DNA of 64,000 nt from Alphaproteobacteria bacterium (lineage in GTDB: Bacteria > Pseudomonadota > Alphaproteobacteria > Bin95), in contig CBDBIS010000005.1 of assembly GCA_965206075.1 (NCBI GenBank), positions 3,155,041 through 3,219,040 of the forward strand, read 5' to 3'. The notes beneath the pieces are model-generated. The model was given only the letters and a program-made list of their open reading frames with translations. It had not been told where the DNA came from and ran no database searches. Position numbers and translations under genes: made by a program. Shown piece by piece: positions 31,445 to 40,536 of this stretch. Numbering within the stretch: the first letter of the stretch is position 1; every line of letters starts with the position of its first letter.

Positions 31445-32242
31445 ATGGCGGAGATGGAGGGAAAGGTCGTCCTCGTGGCGGGCGCAGGCGCCGTCGATCC
31501 GGACGGCATCGGCAACGGCCGCGCAGCGGCGATCCTGATGGCGGAGGCCGGCGCGCGCGTCATGTGCGTGGACGGCGATCTCGCCTTGGCCCAGCGCACC
31601 GTCGAGATGATCGACGAACGCGGCGGCGAGGCGGCGGCCTTCGCGGCCGACATCACGGCGAACGGGGACTGCGCGGCCATGGTGGCGGCGACGCTCGACC
31701 GGTTCGGGCGGCTCGACGGGCTGGACAACAATGTCGGCATATCCTCGCGCGGCTCCGTGGTCGAGGAGACCGAGGAAGCCTGGGAACGGGTGATGGAGGT
31801 GAATGTGAAGGCCATGTTCCTGGCGGCCAAGCATGCCATCCCCGCGATGGTGTCCACCGCTGGCGGCGGGGCGGTGGTCAACGTGTCCTCGATCTCGGCG
31901 CTGCGGCCGCGCGGCCTCACCGCCTATTCCGCGTCCAAGGGCGCGGTGATTGCGCTGACGCGCGCCATGGCGGTCGATCACGGCGGCGAGGGGGTGCGGG
32001 TCAACTGCGTGGCGCCGGGGCCGGTCTATACGCCGATGGTCTATCGGCGCGGGCCGGGCATGAACGAGACTGCCCGCAGGACGCGCGCCGACGCCTCGCT
32101 GCTGAAGACGGAGGGCACCGGCTGGGACATCGGCGAGGCCGTGCGCTTCCTGCTCTCGGACCGCTCCCGGTGGATCACCGGGCACACGCTCGTGGTGGAT
32201 GGCGGCGCTTCTGTGCGCGGCCCGGAAAGGGATACCGTCTGA
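31445..32242 (+). CDS. SDR family oxidoreductase
   Basis: 265 aa with Gly-rich GAGAVDPDGIGNG and catalytic YSASKGA. Confidence 0.85.
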   Translation: MAEMEGKVVLVAGAGAVDPDGIGNGRAAAILMAEAGARVMCVDGDLALAQRTVEMIDERGGEAAAFAADITANGDCAAMVAATLDRFGRLDGLDNNVGISSRGSVVEETEEAWERVMEVNVKAMFLAAKHAIPAMVSTAGGGAVVNVSSISALRPRGLTAYSASKGAVIALTRAMAVDHGGEGVRVNCVAPGPVYTPMVYRRGPGMNETARRTRADASLLKTEGTGWDIGEAVRFLLSDRSRWITGHTLVVDGGASVRGPERDTV

Positions 32243-32787
32243 TGGCCCGCATTCCCCTGCTGGAGGAAACCGACCTCGCGCCGGAAGACCGCGACGTGCT
32301 CGCCCGGCCGATCAACCTGAACAAGGCGCTTGCGCACAGCCCGGAAGGGGCAAGGGCGTTCGGGGGGCTGGGAAGCTGGATCCGCTGGCAGTGCAAGCTC
32401 GATCCGCGCCTGCGGGAACTCGCCATCCTGCAGGTCGGCTGTCTTGCAAGGTCCGCCTACGAATACAGCCACCATATCAAGATCGGGAAGGATTTCGGCC
32501 TCAGCGACGACGACATCCGTGCCGTTCAGACGGAGACGCGGGGCGAGCCGGGCGGCCTCGGGCCGGTCGAGACGGCAGTTCTGAAAGGCGCACGCGAAAT
32601 GACCGAGGGCCCCGCCATGTCCGCGGAGACCTTCGCCTTTCTGGAGCGCGAACTCGGCACGGCGCGCTCCGTCGATCTCGTGCTCGTGGTGGCGTTCTAT
32701 TGCGGCGTGGTGCGCCTGCTGGAGACGCTGGAGGTGGATGTCGAGCCGGACTACCAGCCCTGGCTCGACGCCTTCCCGCTCGACTGA
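32242..32787 (+). CDS. carboxymuconolactone decarboxylase (AhpD-like) family protein
   Basis: MARIPLLEETDLAPEDRDVL... Start overlaps the SDR stop (ATGA-type overlap). Confidence 0.7.
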   Translation: MARIPLLEETDLAPEDRDVLARPINLNKALAHSPEGARAFGGLGSWIRWQCKLDPRLRELAILQVGCLARSAYEYSHHIKIGKDFGLSDDDIRAVQTETRGEPGGLGPVETAVLKGAREMTEGPAMSAETFAFLERELGTARSVDLVLVVAFYCGVVRLLETLEVDVEPDYQPWLDAFPLD

Positions 32788-32808
32788 GCGGGGCGCCGCC
32801 GGTCCCGG

Positions 32809-33135
32809 TCAACGGATTTCGACCAGAGCCTCGCCCGCTGCAAGGGCGGCAGCCACGGTTTCCAGGCGCGGGGCCAGCCGTGCCCGGAGCGCGGCATTGG
32901 TTGTGTTTCCGAGCCTCAGCCAGACGACCTGGAGCCCCGGCTTCATCCGTGCGCGCTCGGCGAAATCCACGTCCTTGGACCAGATGACAGCCCCCAGGCG
33001 GCGCGCCTCGGCCTCGATCCGCGAGTCGGTGGCGGGACCGATGCCGAGATCGTTCACATGGTCGGACGGGTAGCCCTCGGCTGTCAGCCAGCGGGCGAGG
33101 CCCGGCGGCAATTGCGCATCGATGAGGAAGCGCAA
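32809..33135 (-). CDS. DUF5615 (PIN-like) protein, putative toxin
   Basis: 108 aa (MRFLIDAQLPPGLARWL...). Lies 3 nt downstream of the DUF433-containing gene. Confidence 0.65.
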   Translation of the reverse strand: MRFLIDAQLPPGLARWLTAEGYPSDHVNDLGIGPATDSRIEAEARRLGAVIWSKDVDFAERARMKPGLQVVWLRLGNTTNAALRARLAPRLETVAAALAAGEALVEIR

Positions 33136-33138
33136 GGG

Positions 33139-33852
33139 TCAGGCGGCGTGGACGATACGGTGTTCGCTGGCGGCCGCGCCCCAGGCGAGCGCCGCTCTCA
33201 GGTCCGCTTCCTCCAGATAGGGGTAGTCGGCGAGGATTTCGGCAGGCGCCACCCCCGCCGCCATGAGTTGCAGGATGTCGGACACCCGCACCCTGGTTCC
33301 CCGCACATGCGGCCGCCCCCCGCAAATCTCCGCGTCCACCCGTATGCGCCCCTGGGTCTCCGTCGCCTCGTCCAGCTCTTCGAGAACCTCCCTCAGAACG
33401 CAGATCCGGGCATCCTGTTTCGGACCCGAATGGCCATGAGCCTCCATGAATCGTTGCAGCGCGGCGGCCAGTTCGCCGCCGCGGCGGCTATCTGCCGACA
33501 CGACATGGAACCAGTCCGCAAGGACGCGCTCGGTCTTCCGGCCGTCCCTTTCGCCGGATTCCGCCAGGTAAGCAGCGGCGGTATTTTGCGAATAGCCGAC
33601 ATATTTGGAGGGAGCGAAAAGCCACGAACCGTCCTCGGAGCGGACCGCATACCACGCATTCACCCGTTTCATCCGCCGCTTCAGTTCCATCCCGAACAGA
33701 GCGTCCTCGATTTCGGTCCGGTAGCGCACAATGTTGTCGGCTGCCTGCTCCGGGCTGCTTACCAGCCGGGTCCGGGAGGTCTCGCTCTCCCCCCGAAAGT
33801 AGGACATGCTTTCCTGCAAGCTATAGGGGTCTGGCGGCGTATCGCTTGCCAT
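33139..33852 (-). CDS. fusion protein: unknown ~165-aa N-terminal domain plus C-terminal DUF433
   Basis: The C-terminus RIRVDAEICGGRPHVRGTRVRVSDILQLMAAGVAPAEILADYPYLEEADLRAAL matches the DUF433 pattern. N-terminal domain (..NAWYAVRSEDGSWLFAPSKYVGY..) is unassigned. Confidence 0.65.
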   Translation of the reverse strand: MASDTPPDPYSLQESMSYFRGESETSRTRLVSSPEQAADNIVRYRTEIEDALFGMELKRRMKRVNAWYAVRSEDGSWLFAPSKYVGYSQNTAAAYLAESGERDGRKTERVLADWFHVVSADSRRGGELAAALQRFMEAHGHSGPKQDARICVLREVLEELDEATETQGRIRVDAEICGGRPHVRGTRVRVSDILQLMAAGVAPAEILADYPYLEEADLRAALAWGAAASEHRIVHAA

Positions 33853-33950
33853 TGTCCTTCTCCCTGTTGAGACATCACCCTATTTACCTGAAGTTAAAAC
33901 GACGGTCAAGCCCCGCTGCGAAAGAAGTGTCCGGTTGCGGGCCAGGGCGC

Positions 33951-35369
33951 TCACGCGACCACCTTGCCGGGGTTCATCAGGCCGTCGGGGTCGAGGGCGC
34001 GCTTGACGGCCTGCATCATCTCGATCTCCGGGCCGGGCTTGTAGTGGGCGATCTCCGACACCTTGAGCCGCCCGACGCCGTGCTCGGCGGAGACGGAGCC
34101 GTCCAGCGCATTGACGATGTCGTGGACGGCGGCGTTCAGCTCGTCCCAGCGCGCGAGGTAGGCCTGCTTGTCGGCGCCGACGGGCTGCGAGACGTTGTAG
34201 TGGATATTGCCGTCGCCGACATGGCCGAAGGGGCAGGGCCGGGCGCCGGGAATGGTGCGCGCGACCGCCTCGTCCGCCGCCTCGATGAAGTCCGCGACCC
34301 GGCTCACCGGCACGGAGACATCGTGCTTGATCGAGCCGCCTTCCGGAATCTGCGCCTCGACCACCGCCTCGCGGATGCGCCAGAGGGCGTTCGCCTGCGC
34401 GCCGCTGTCGGCAATGGTTGCGTCCAGCACCAGCCCGTCCTCGAAGGCGTGTCCGAGCGCCTCCTCGACGATCCCGCGCAGCCCCGAGCCCTCGCGGCCG
34501 GCATCGGCGCGCAGCAGCGCATAGTGGGTGAAGGCCCGGTCGAACGGGTCGCGCACGCCCGGCACATGCTTCAAGGCCAGGTCGATGCCGAAGCGCCCGA
34601 TATATTCGAAGGCGGACACCCGGTCGCCGGTGGCGGCGCGCAGGCGCGAGAGCAGCTCGATCACATGCCCGATCGAGGGCAGGGCGGCGAAGGCCGTCAC
34701 CTCCTCGCGCGGGCGGGGGAACAGCTTCACGCAGGCCGCCGTCACGATGCCGAGCGTGCCTTCGCCGCCGATGAAGAGCTGCTTCAGGTCGTAGCCGGTA
34801 TTGTCCTTGCGCAGCCGCCTCAAGCCGTTCCAGACGCGCCCGTCCGGCAGCACGGCCTCCAGCCCCAGCACCAGCTCGCGCATATTGCCGTAGCGCAGCG
34901 TGTTGATGCCGCCGGCATTGGTGGAGATGTTGCCGCCGACGGTGCAGCTTCCCTCGGCGCCGAGGCTGAGCGGGAACAGCCGGTCGGCGTCCTCGGCCGC
35001 GGCCTGGACATGCTGGAGGATGCAGCCGGCCTCGACGGTCATGGTGTAGTTGAGCGCGTCGATCTCCCGGATGCGGTTCATGCGCCCGAGGCTCACCAGA
35101 AGCTGGCTGCCGTCCTCCGCCGGCATCGCGCCGCCGCAAAGCCCGGTATTGCCGCCCTGCGGCACGATGGCGACGCCGGCCTCGCGGCAAAGCCGGACGA
35201 CGGCCGCCACCTGCCCGGTCGTGGCGGGGCGGGCGACGAAGGGCGTGCTGCCGCGATAGAGGCCGCGCGGCTCGACCAGCAGGGGCGCCAGCTCGTCCGG
35301 GTCGGCGGAAAGCCCGCGCTCGCCCAGAAGCGCCCTCAGCGGCCCCGCCAGTGCCTCGGCCCTCGCCAT
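33951..35369 (-). CDS. FAD-linked oxidase (GlcD / D-2-hydroxyacid dehydrogenase-like)
   Basis: 472 aa with FAD-binding PCMH-type N-terminal region (IVPQGGNTGLCGG). Confidence 0.85.
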   Translation of the reverse strand: MARAEALAGPLRALLGERGLSADPDELAPLLVEPRGLYRGSTPFVARPATTGQVAAVVRLCREAGVAIVPQGGNTGLCGGAMPAEDGSQLLVSLGRMNRIREIDALNYTMTVEAGCILQHVQAAAEDADRLFPLSLGAEGSCTVGGNISTNAGGINTLRYGNMRELVLGLEAVLPDGRVWNGLRRLRKDNTGYDLKQLFIGGEGTLGIVTAACVKLFPRPREEVTAFAALPSIGHVIELLSRLRAATGDRVSAFEYIGRFGIDLALKHVPGVRDPFDRAFTHYALLRADAGREGSGLRGIVEEALGHAFEDGLVLDATIADSGAQANALWRIREAVVEAQIPEGGSIKHDVSVPVSRVADFIEAADEAVARTIPGARPCPFGHVGDGNIHYNVSQPVGADKQAYLARWDELNAAVHDIVNALDGSVSAEHGVGRLKVSEIAHYKPGPEIEMMQAVKRALDPDGLMNPGKVVA

Positions 35370-35501
35370 CGTCCCGCTCTCCCCTCAAGCGAATCGGACG
35401 CGCTCAAATAAGCGCGGGCCTGCCGCTGCCGCAAGGGCGCACCTTTGACATGACCGGAACCGGCTGCTAGCCGACACCCTATCGAATCGTTGGATTTCCG
35501 C

Positions 35502-35705
35502 ATGACGAACGCACGCACCGTGGTTGTCGAACGCTGCTCCGATACCGGGCTGTATGTCGGGCATGTACGCGGCTTGCCCGGCGCGTACAGCCAAGGAGCT
35601 ACTCTAGAAGAACTCCACAAGTCTCTTGAGGAGGTCATTTCAATGCTGTCCGAGGAACCGGCCCCGGAACCCCTTCTCCGGCTGGGAAGACAGCCATCCG
35701 ATTGA
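35502..35705 (+). CDS. HicB-like (UPF0150) antitoxin-fold protein, orphan and short
   Basis: MTNARTVVVERCSDTGLYVGHVRGLPGAYSQGATLEELHKSLEEVI. No hicA nearby and no C-terminal DNA-binding domain. Confidence 0.5.
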   Translation: MTNARTVVVERCSDTGLYVGHVRGLPGAYSQGATLEELHKSLEEVISMLSEEPAPEPLLRLGRQPSD

Positions 35706-35739
35706 ACTCGGGCGCGGTGTCCGGAATGACAAGCGAGGC

Positions 35740-36798
35740 CTATCCCGACGCTTCCGCGAGCTCCCAGGCGCGTTCGGCCATGAGCAGGCCGAGGCGGCCG
35801 ACCTCCTCGGCATTGTCGGAGGCGGCATTGCCGGCGAGGCCGCGGGCGCGCACGCCGTCCAGGATCGAGGCGAAGCGGAACATGGCGTGGACATTGTGGA
35901 CCGGCGTCAGGCCGTCGGGGCGGCCGGCGGCGCGGCGGTAGGCCTCCACGAACTCGTCCTGCTCCGGGATGCCGAGTGCGCGCCGATCGAGGTCGCGCAC
36001 GCCCCAGTATTCGTCCGAGGTGGTGTTGAACAGGATGCAGAGATAGGCGAGGTCGGAGAGCGGGTGGCCGAGCGTCGCGAGCTCCCAGTCGAACACAGCG
36101 ACGACGCGCGGCTCCGAGGCATGGAACATGACATTGCCGACCCGGAAATCGCCGTGCGCGACGCGCGTCTCGTCGCCCTCCGGCATGCGCGGCGGCAGCC
36201 ATTCCATCAGCCGGTACATCTCCGGGATCTCGCGCGTGGCCGTCTCGCGGTAATTGCGCGCCCAGCGGTTGAACTGGCGCTCGAAATAATTGCCGGGCCG
36301 CCCGAAATCGCCGAGCCCGACCGCGTCCGGATCGACCTGGTGCAGCGCCGCCAGCACCTCCGCCAGCGCGCTGTACATGAGACGGCGCTCCTCCGGCTCG
36401 ACGCCCGGCATGGCGCTGTCCGTATAGACCCGGCCCTGCATCCGCTCCATCACGTAGAAGGGCGTGCCGATGACGCTCTCGTCGTCGGAGTAGAGAAACT
36501 GCCTCGCCACCGGCACGGGCGTGCCGGCGAGCGCCTTCTGCACCCGGTATTCCCGGTCCACGGCATGGGCCGAGGGCAGCAGCTCGCCGGGCGGCTTCTT
36601 GCGCAGCACATATTCGGCATTGGGCCAGGCAAGCACGAAGGTCGGGTTGGACTGGCCGTAGCCGAACTGGCGCACCAGCAGCCGGCCTTCCGTGTCGGGC
36701 AGCCGGTCGCTCAGCCAGGCTTCGAGCGCCGCCTCGTCGAAGCGGTGCGCGTCCCGCACATCGGCAAGCCGCGTGCCCTCCCCCGGATCGATGCTCAT
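35740..36798 (-). CDS. phosphotransferase (APH/choline-kinase-like) family protein
   Basis: 352 aa from the internal ATG (MSIDPGEG...). Catalytic HGDFRVGN and DWE motifs. Confidence 0.8.
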   Translation of the reverse strand: MSIDPGEGTRLADVRDAHRFDEAALEAWLSDRLPDTEGRLLVRQFGYGQSNPTFVLAWPNAEYVLRKKPPGELLPSAHAVDREYRVQKALAGTPVPVARQFLYSDDESVIGTPFYVMERMQGRVYTDSAMPGVEPEERRLMYSALAEVLAALHQVDPDAVGLGDFGRPGNYFERQFNRWARNYRETATREIPEMYRLMEWLPPRMPEGDETRVAHGDFRVGNVMFHASEPRVVAVFDWELATLGHPLSDLAYLCILFNTTSDEYWGVRDLDRRALGIPEQDEFVEAYRRAAGRPDGLTPVHNVHAMFRFASILDGVRARGLAGNAASDNAEEVGRLGLLMAERAWELAEASG

Positions 36799-36935
36799 GG
36801 CCGCCCGCTCCGTTCCCGCCGCGCCCCGCTGGCCACGATAGGCGGGGGCGTGTCCGCCGGCAACGCCGCGCCGGCCCGGTCGCGCAGCCCGCGCGGATGG
36901 GGCATGATGGCGGCTCGGGCAGGGAGGCAGGACCC

Positions 36936-37874
36936 ATGAAGATTGCAGCGGCACGCGATTTCCACGACCTGGTGGCCGAGAGAGCGGCAGCCATCCGGCC
37001 CGATATCGAATGGGCGCTTTCGGATGCAAGCGGCGCATGGACGGCGCCGCCGGAAGGCTCGGACGCCATCGTTTATGCCGGCACCGCCTACACGGACAGC
37101 TTCGTGGACGACATGCTCTCGATAACGCCGCCGAAATGGGCGCATACGGAAGACGCCGGCATAGACGGGCGCTTCTATGACGGCATGCGCGCCAACGGCG
37201 TGCCGGTGACGCACAGCCCCGGCGCCAATGCGCCCGAAGTGGCCGAACTCGCCTTCGCCGGCCTCATGTGGGGTGCGAAGCGGCTCGGCGAACTGCGGGC
37301 GCAGCAACATGCCCATGACTGGCGGAAGCTCATGCTGCCGGGCTTGAGCGCCACGACCGCGCTCATCGTCGGGCTCGGCAATATCGGCAGCCTCGTCGCG
37401 CAATACGCCAAGGCGTTCGGCATGACGGTCCACGGGATCAGGCGGTCGCCGGACCCCGTGGCGAACGTGGACCGGCAGGGCACGCTCGCGGACCTCGCGG
37501 CCTTCCTGCCCGACGCGGATTTCGTCGTGCTCGCGCTCCCGATTGCGGACGACACGGCCGGCATGATCGACCGGGCGGCGCTTGCTGCCATGAAGGAGAC
37601 GGCCGTGCTGGTCAATGTCGGCCGCGGCGCGCTGGTCGATATCGACGCGCTCCGCGACGCGCTCGGCTCGGGCGGCATCGCCAGCGCGTTCCTCGACGTG
37701 CTGCCGGTCGAGCCCTGGCCCGCCGACAACGACGTCTGGGACGTGCCCAACCTGTTCATCACGCCGCATAACGGCTCGCTCAGCCCCCTCTATGCCGTCA
37801 GGGTCGGCGAGCTCTGGCTGGAGAACCTGAAGCGCTTTACCGCCGGCGAGCCGTTGCTGCATCACGCGTTCTGA
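36936..37874 (+). CDS. D-2-hydroxyacid dehydrogenase family protein
   Basis: NAD-binding GLGNIGS plus catalytic R/E/H region (ITPH). Confidence 0.8.
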   Translation: MKIAAARDFHDLVAERAAAIRPDIEWALSDASGAWTAPPEGSDAIVYAGTAYTDSFVDDMLSITPPKWAHTEDAGIDGRFYDGMRANGVPVTHSPGANAPEVAELAFAGLMWGAKRLGELRAQQHAHDWRKLMLPGLSATTALIVGLGNIGSLVAQYAKAFGMTVHGIRRSPDPVANVDRQGTLADLAAFLPDADFVVLALPIADDTAGMIDRAALAAMKETAVLVNVGRGALVDIDALRDALGSGGIASAFLDVLPVEPWPADNDVWDVPNLFITPHNGSLSPLYAVRVGELWLENLKRFTAGEPLLHHAF

Positions 37875-37898
37875 GGGCCGCCGCCTTCCGGCCCGGCC

Positions 37899-38303
37899 CT
37901 ACCAGAAAGCCGTTTCGCTGACCGTGGAGACGTGGGCGGCCACGACCTTCCAGCCGAGGTCGGGGAAGCGCGCCCAGGTCTGGCTCTGCCGGCCGATCAG
38001 GTCCCGGCCGCGCACCTTGAACTCCAGATTGACCACCGCGTAATCGCGCCCGAGCGTCAGGATTTCGAGCCGCCGGCGCGCCTCCTTGATGGTCGCGCCC
38101 GGCGGGCGGGCGACCCGGTGGGCGTGAATCTCGTCGAAGCCGTAGCCGTTCTCGTGAAGCGCGTAGCGGATCGTGTGCGGGCTCTCCCAGAAGGTTGCGT
38201 CGAGCACCGCGACATCCTTGGTCTCCAGCGCGGCCTCGTAAGCCTCGAAGCGCGCACGAACCTCCTCGACGACTTCCGGGATATTGGGCGTCATGTCCGT
38301 CAT
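37899..38303 (-). CDS. AtzH-like / HpxZ-like (SnoaL-fold, DUF3225) protein
   Basis: 134 aa (...LDATFWESPHTIRYALHENGYG...GRQSQTWARFPDLGWKVVAAHVS). ATGA overlap with the amidase. Confidence 0.65.
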   Translation of the reverse strand: MTDMTPNIPEVVEEVRARFEAYEAALETKDVAVLDATFWESPHTIRYALHENGYGFDEIHAHRVARPPGATIKEARRRLEILTLGRDYAVVNLEFKVRGRDLIGRQSQTWARFPDLGWKVVAAHVSTVSETAFW

Positions 38304-39475
38304 TCGGTCCGCTCCATTGCAAGCGCCAGCGCGACGAGGCTGGCGTCGGTCCCGTGGCCGCCGACGATGGAAAGCCCGACCGGCAGGCCGTCCACCGCCG
38401 TGCCCGGCAGGCTGACCTGCGGCACGCCGGTAAGGCCGCCATGGCTCGCGAGCACGGAGATGCGGGTCCGCAGCGCCTCCTGCTCCGATATGGAAAGGCC
38501 TTTGGGCGGCGCAGGGAAAGGCGTGGTCGGCAGGCAGAGCACGGTGCCGGGCCGGAGCAGGTGGGTGAGCCGGCCCCGCGCCTCCGCCCGCACCATCGAC
38601 GCCCAGAGCCGGTCCGCCTCGGCGATGTCCGCGCCGCGCACGAGATTGCGGGCGACCGAATACGCCATGCGCGGATTGCGCCGGTCGAGCCAGTCCCGGA
38701 AGGTGAGCCAGGCTTCCCAGGGCTGGAGCGTGCGCTGCGCCCGCGCCCAGGCGGAGAGGCCGGGCGGGGCCATGGTAACTTCTTCCGGGGCGCCGACGAT
38801 CCGGCCGAGCCGTTCGACCGTCGGCCGGAGCGCTTGCGCCGTCTCGCCGTCCGCGAAGCCGAAAGCGTCCACGGCGACCAGAAGGCGCGTCGGCAACTCG
38901 TCCGGTATCGCTTCCTGCAACAGCACGGCGGAAACGCGGGCGAAGGTTTCGGCGTCGCGGGCGAACCAGCCCGCCGTGTCCGAGCCCGGCGCCTGGGGCA
39001 TCATGCCCCGGAGATCGAGCCGGCCCCAGGTCGGACGGATGCCGTAAAGCCCGCAAAAGCTCGACGGCACGCGCACGGAGCCGCCCGTGTCGCTGCCGAG
39101 GGCCGTGTCGCAGAGGCCCGAGGCGATGGCCGAGGCCGAGCCGGACGAGGAGCCGCCCGGCACCCGGTCCGGCGCCGCGGGGTTGACGGGCGTACCGTAG
39201 AAAGCGCTCTCGCCCAGGATGCCGAGCGAGACTTCGTCGGTGATCGTCTTGCCGATGAAGGCCGCGCCCGCTTCCAGCAGCGTCTCGACCGCCCAGGCAT
39301 GGCGCTCGGCGGGCGCGTCGTTGCCCGGCCAGTCGGGGTTTCCGCCGCCGGTCGGCAGGCCGGCCACGTCGAACAGGTCCTTCGCGGCGAAGGTCAGCCC
39401 TTCGAGCGGCCCGCCGGCGCGGCCCTCGATCCGGCGCTCCGTGCCCGGAACGAAGGCGCCGACGCCAGCCTCCAC
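38300..39475 (-). CDS. amidase-signature family amidase
   Basis: 391 aa with GGSSSGSASA and GSDTGGSVRVP motifs. Confidence 0.8.
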   Translation of the reverse strand: MEAGVGAFVPGTERRIEGRAGGPLEGLTFAAKDLFDVAGLPTGGGNPDWPGNDAPAERHAWAVETLLEAGAAFIGKTITDEVSLGILGESAFYGTPVNPAAPDRVPGGSSSGSASAIASGLCDTALGSDTGGSVRVPSSFCGLYGIRPTWGRLDLRGMMPQAPGSDTAGWFARDAETFARVSAVLLQEAIPDELPTRLLVAVDAFGFADGETAQALRPTVERLGRIVGAPEEVTMAPPGLSAWARAQRTLQPWEAWLTFRDWLDRRNPRMAYSVARNLVRGADIAEADRLWASMVRAEARGRLTHLLRPGTVLCLPTTPFPAPPKGLSISEQEALRTRISVLASHGGLTGVPQVSLPGTAVDGLPVGLSIVGGHGTDASLVALALAMERTE

Positions 39476-39478
39476 CGG

Positions 39479-39862
39479 CTATTCCCGCTCGATGAGCTGG
39501 TAGAGCACGCCGTGGCCGTCCGCCGGATGGACGAAGACCATGCCGGTCGCCTCGATAAGCCTGGCGCCGTTCTCCGCCATCTGCGTCTTGGCCGCCTCGA
39601 GATCGTCCACCGCGAGCGCCACCAGGTGCAGCCCTTCGCCGTTCTTCTCCAGGCTCCGCGCAATCGCGCCGTCGCCGAGCGGCTCGGCAAGCTCGATGAA
39701 GCGCCCGGAGTCGCCGAGCGGCAGGATCGCGCGCCGGAGCCCCAGATGCGGCTCGTCCTCCGGCGGCGCCTCCGCCTTCAGCCCGAGCTTGGTCTCGTAG
39801 TCCTCAAGGCTCCGGTCCAGGTCCTTCACCCGAACCACGATATGGTCGATCCACTTGTGCAT
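39479..39862 (-). CDS. VOC (glyoxalase / methylmalonyl-CoA epimerase-like) family protein
   Basis: Start at the internal ATG (MHKWIDHIVVRVKDLDRS...), preceded by a GAAGGAAGG Shine-Dalgarno-like run. Confidence 0.75.
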   Translation of the reverse strand: MHKWIDHIVVRVKDLDRSLEDYETKLGLKAEAPPEDEPHLGLRRAILPLGDSGRFIELAEPLGDGAIARSLEKNGEGLHLVALAVDDLEAAKTQMAENGARLIEATGMVFVHPADGHGVLYQLIERE

Positions 39863-39921
39863 GGCTTGCAGCCTTCCTTCGTTTCCGTTCTCCGCTCCCG
39901 GCCCGCAGGGACGGGAGACCT

Positions 39922-40308
39922 CCCTATGTGTCATGAAGCGTCATGTTTTGTCATGCGATGTCATGTTCGCCATGCCCTTGCCGGCGTTGCGCCGTGCCAT
40001 TCCGGCATATCGTTTTCCATCGCGTTCCGCCTTCCTCCGTTCCGCCGTCGCCGGCAAAGCCTCCCATGCGCCCGGACCCTTTTTGCGCGCGTATCCTGCG
40101 TGCGTGCCCGCGCCCGCCTGCGCGCGTTGGCGCCGGCGCGGTTCGCGCACCTGATTGCGCGCGCGAGACAGCGGACGCACTTCGCCTGTCCGTTCCCGCC
40201 GGGGCTTTTTTCCGGCCCCAGCCATTGCTTCCCTCAGCAGAAAAGCGGAAAGGCGGCCCCGGGAGCCGCCTCTCTGCCGCCATTGTAGCACACTTTTCCC
40301 AATGTCAA
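39922..40308 (-). repeat. GC-rich module, copy 4, forming the leader of the VOC-amidase-AtzH-like operon
   Basis: Promoter motif at 40308-40282, hairpin with UUUCCGCUUUUCU, and a core nearly identical to copy 1. GTCATG at 39930/39940/39950/39960, then CCATG. Confidence 0.8.
40282..40308 (-). promoter_or_regulatory. sigma70-like promoter motif of module copy 4 (TTGACA-15 nt-TACAAT)
   Basis: Reverse complement of tgtcaa (40303-08) and attgta (40282-87). TG lies 1 nt upstream of the -10 (extended -10-like). Confidence 0.5.
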
Positions 40309-40332
40309 ATTCGGGCCGGATCGAGCGGCCCG

Positions 40333-40536
40333 TCAGTCCCGGTAGTCCCGCACCGCCTTCGGGTCGAGCCGGTCGGCCGGGACGAGGCGGTAATGCCGCT
40401 CTTCCACGACCTTCAGCCGGATTGCGGCCGCCTCAATCTCTTTGCGCTCGAATTCGAACTCGGTAATTCCCTCGCTGTAATGATCGAAAAATATCGTTTC
40501 GATTATCGCTCTATAGTCGACTCGCAGTTTAGCCAT
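40333..40536 (-). pseudogene. 67-codon ORF after dcm, possibly the N-terminal stub of the cognate restriction endonuclease
   Basis: MAKLRVDYRAIIETIFFDHYSEGITEFEFERKEIEAAA... The first ~40 codons are A/T-rich at position 3 and the remainder is G/C-rich like host DNA. Start overlaps the dcm stop by 8 nt. Confidence 0.35.

Noticed and set aside
39930-39975. CRISPR-like or minisatellite interpretation of the phased GTCATG units
   Set aside because: The units are 6 bp on a 10-bp period with only 3-5 copies, far too short for CRISPR repeats and spacers. No cas genes are present.
39922-40308. Possible guanidine-I (ykkC) or other known riboswitch in the leader of the amidase operon
   Set aside because: There is only a loose resemblance (AAAAGCCCCGGCGGGAACGG). 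The order and spacing of the conserved ykkC elements, as I remember them, do not fit. The same sequence also occurs where no gene follows.
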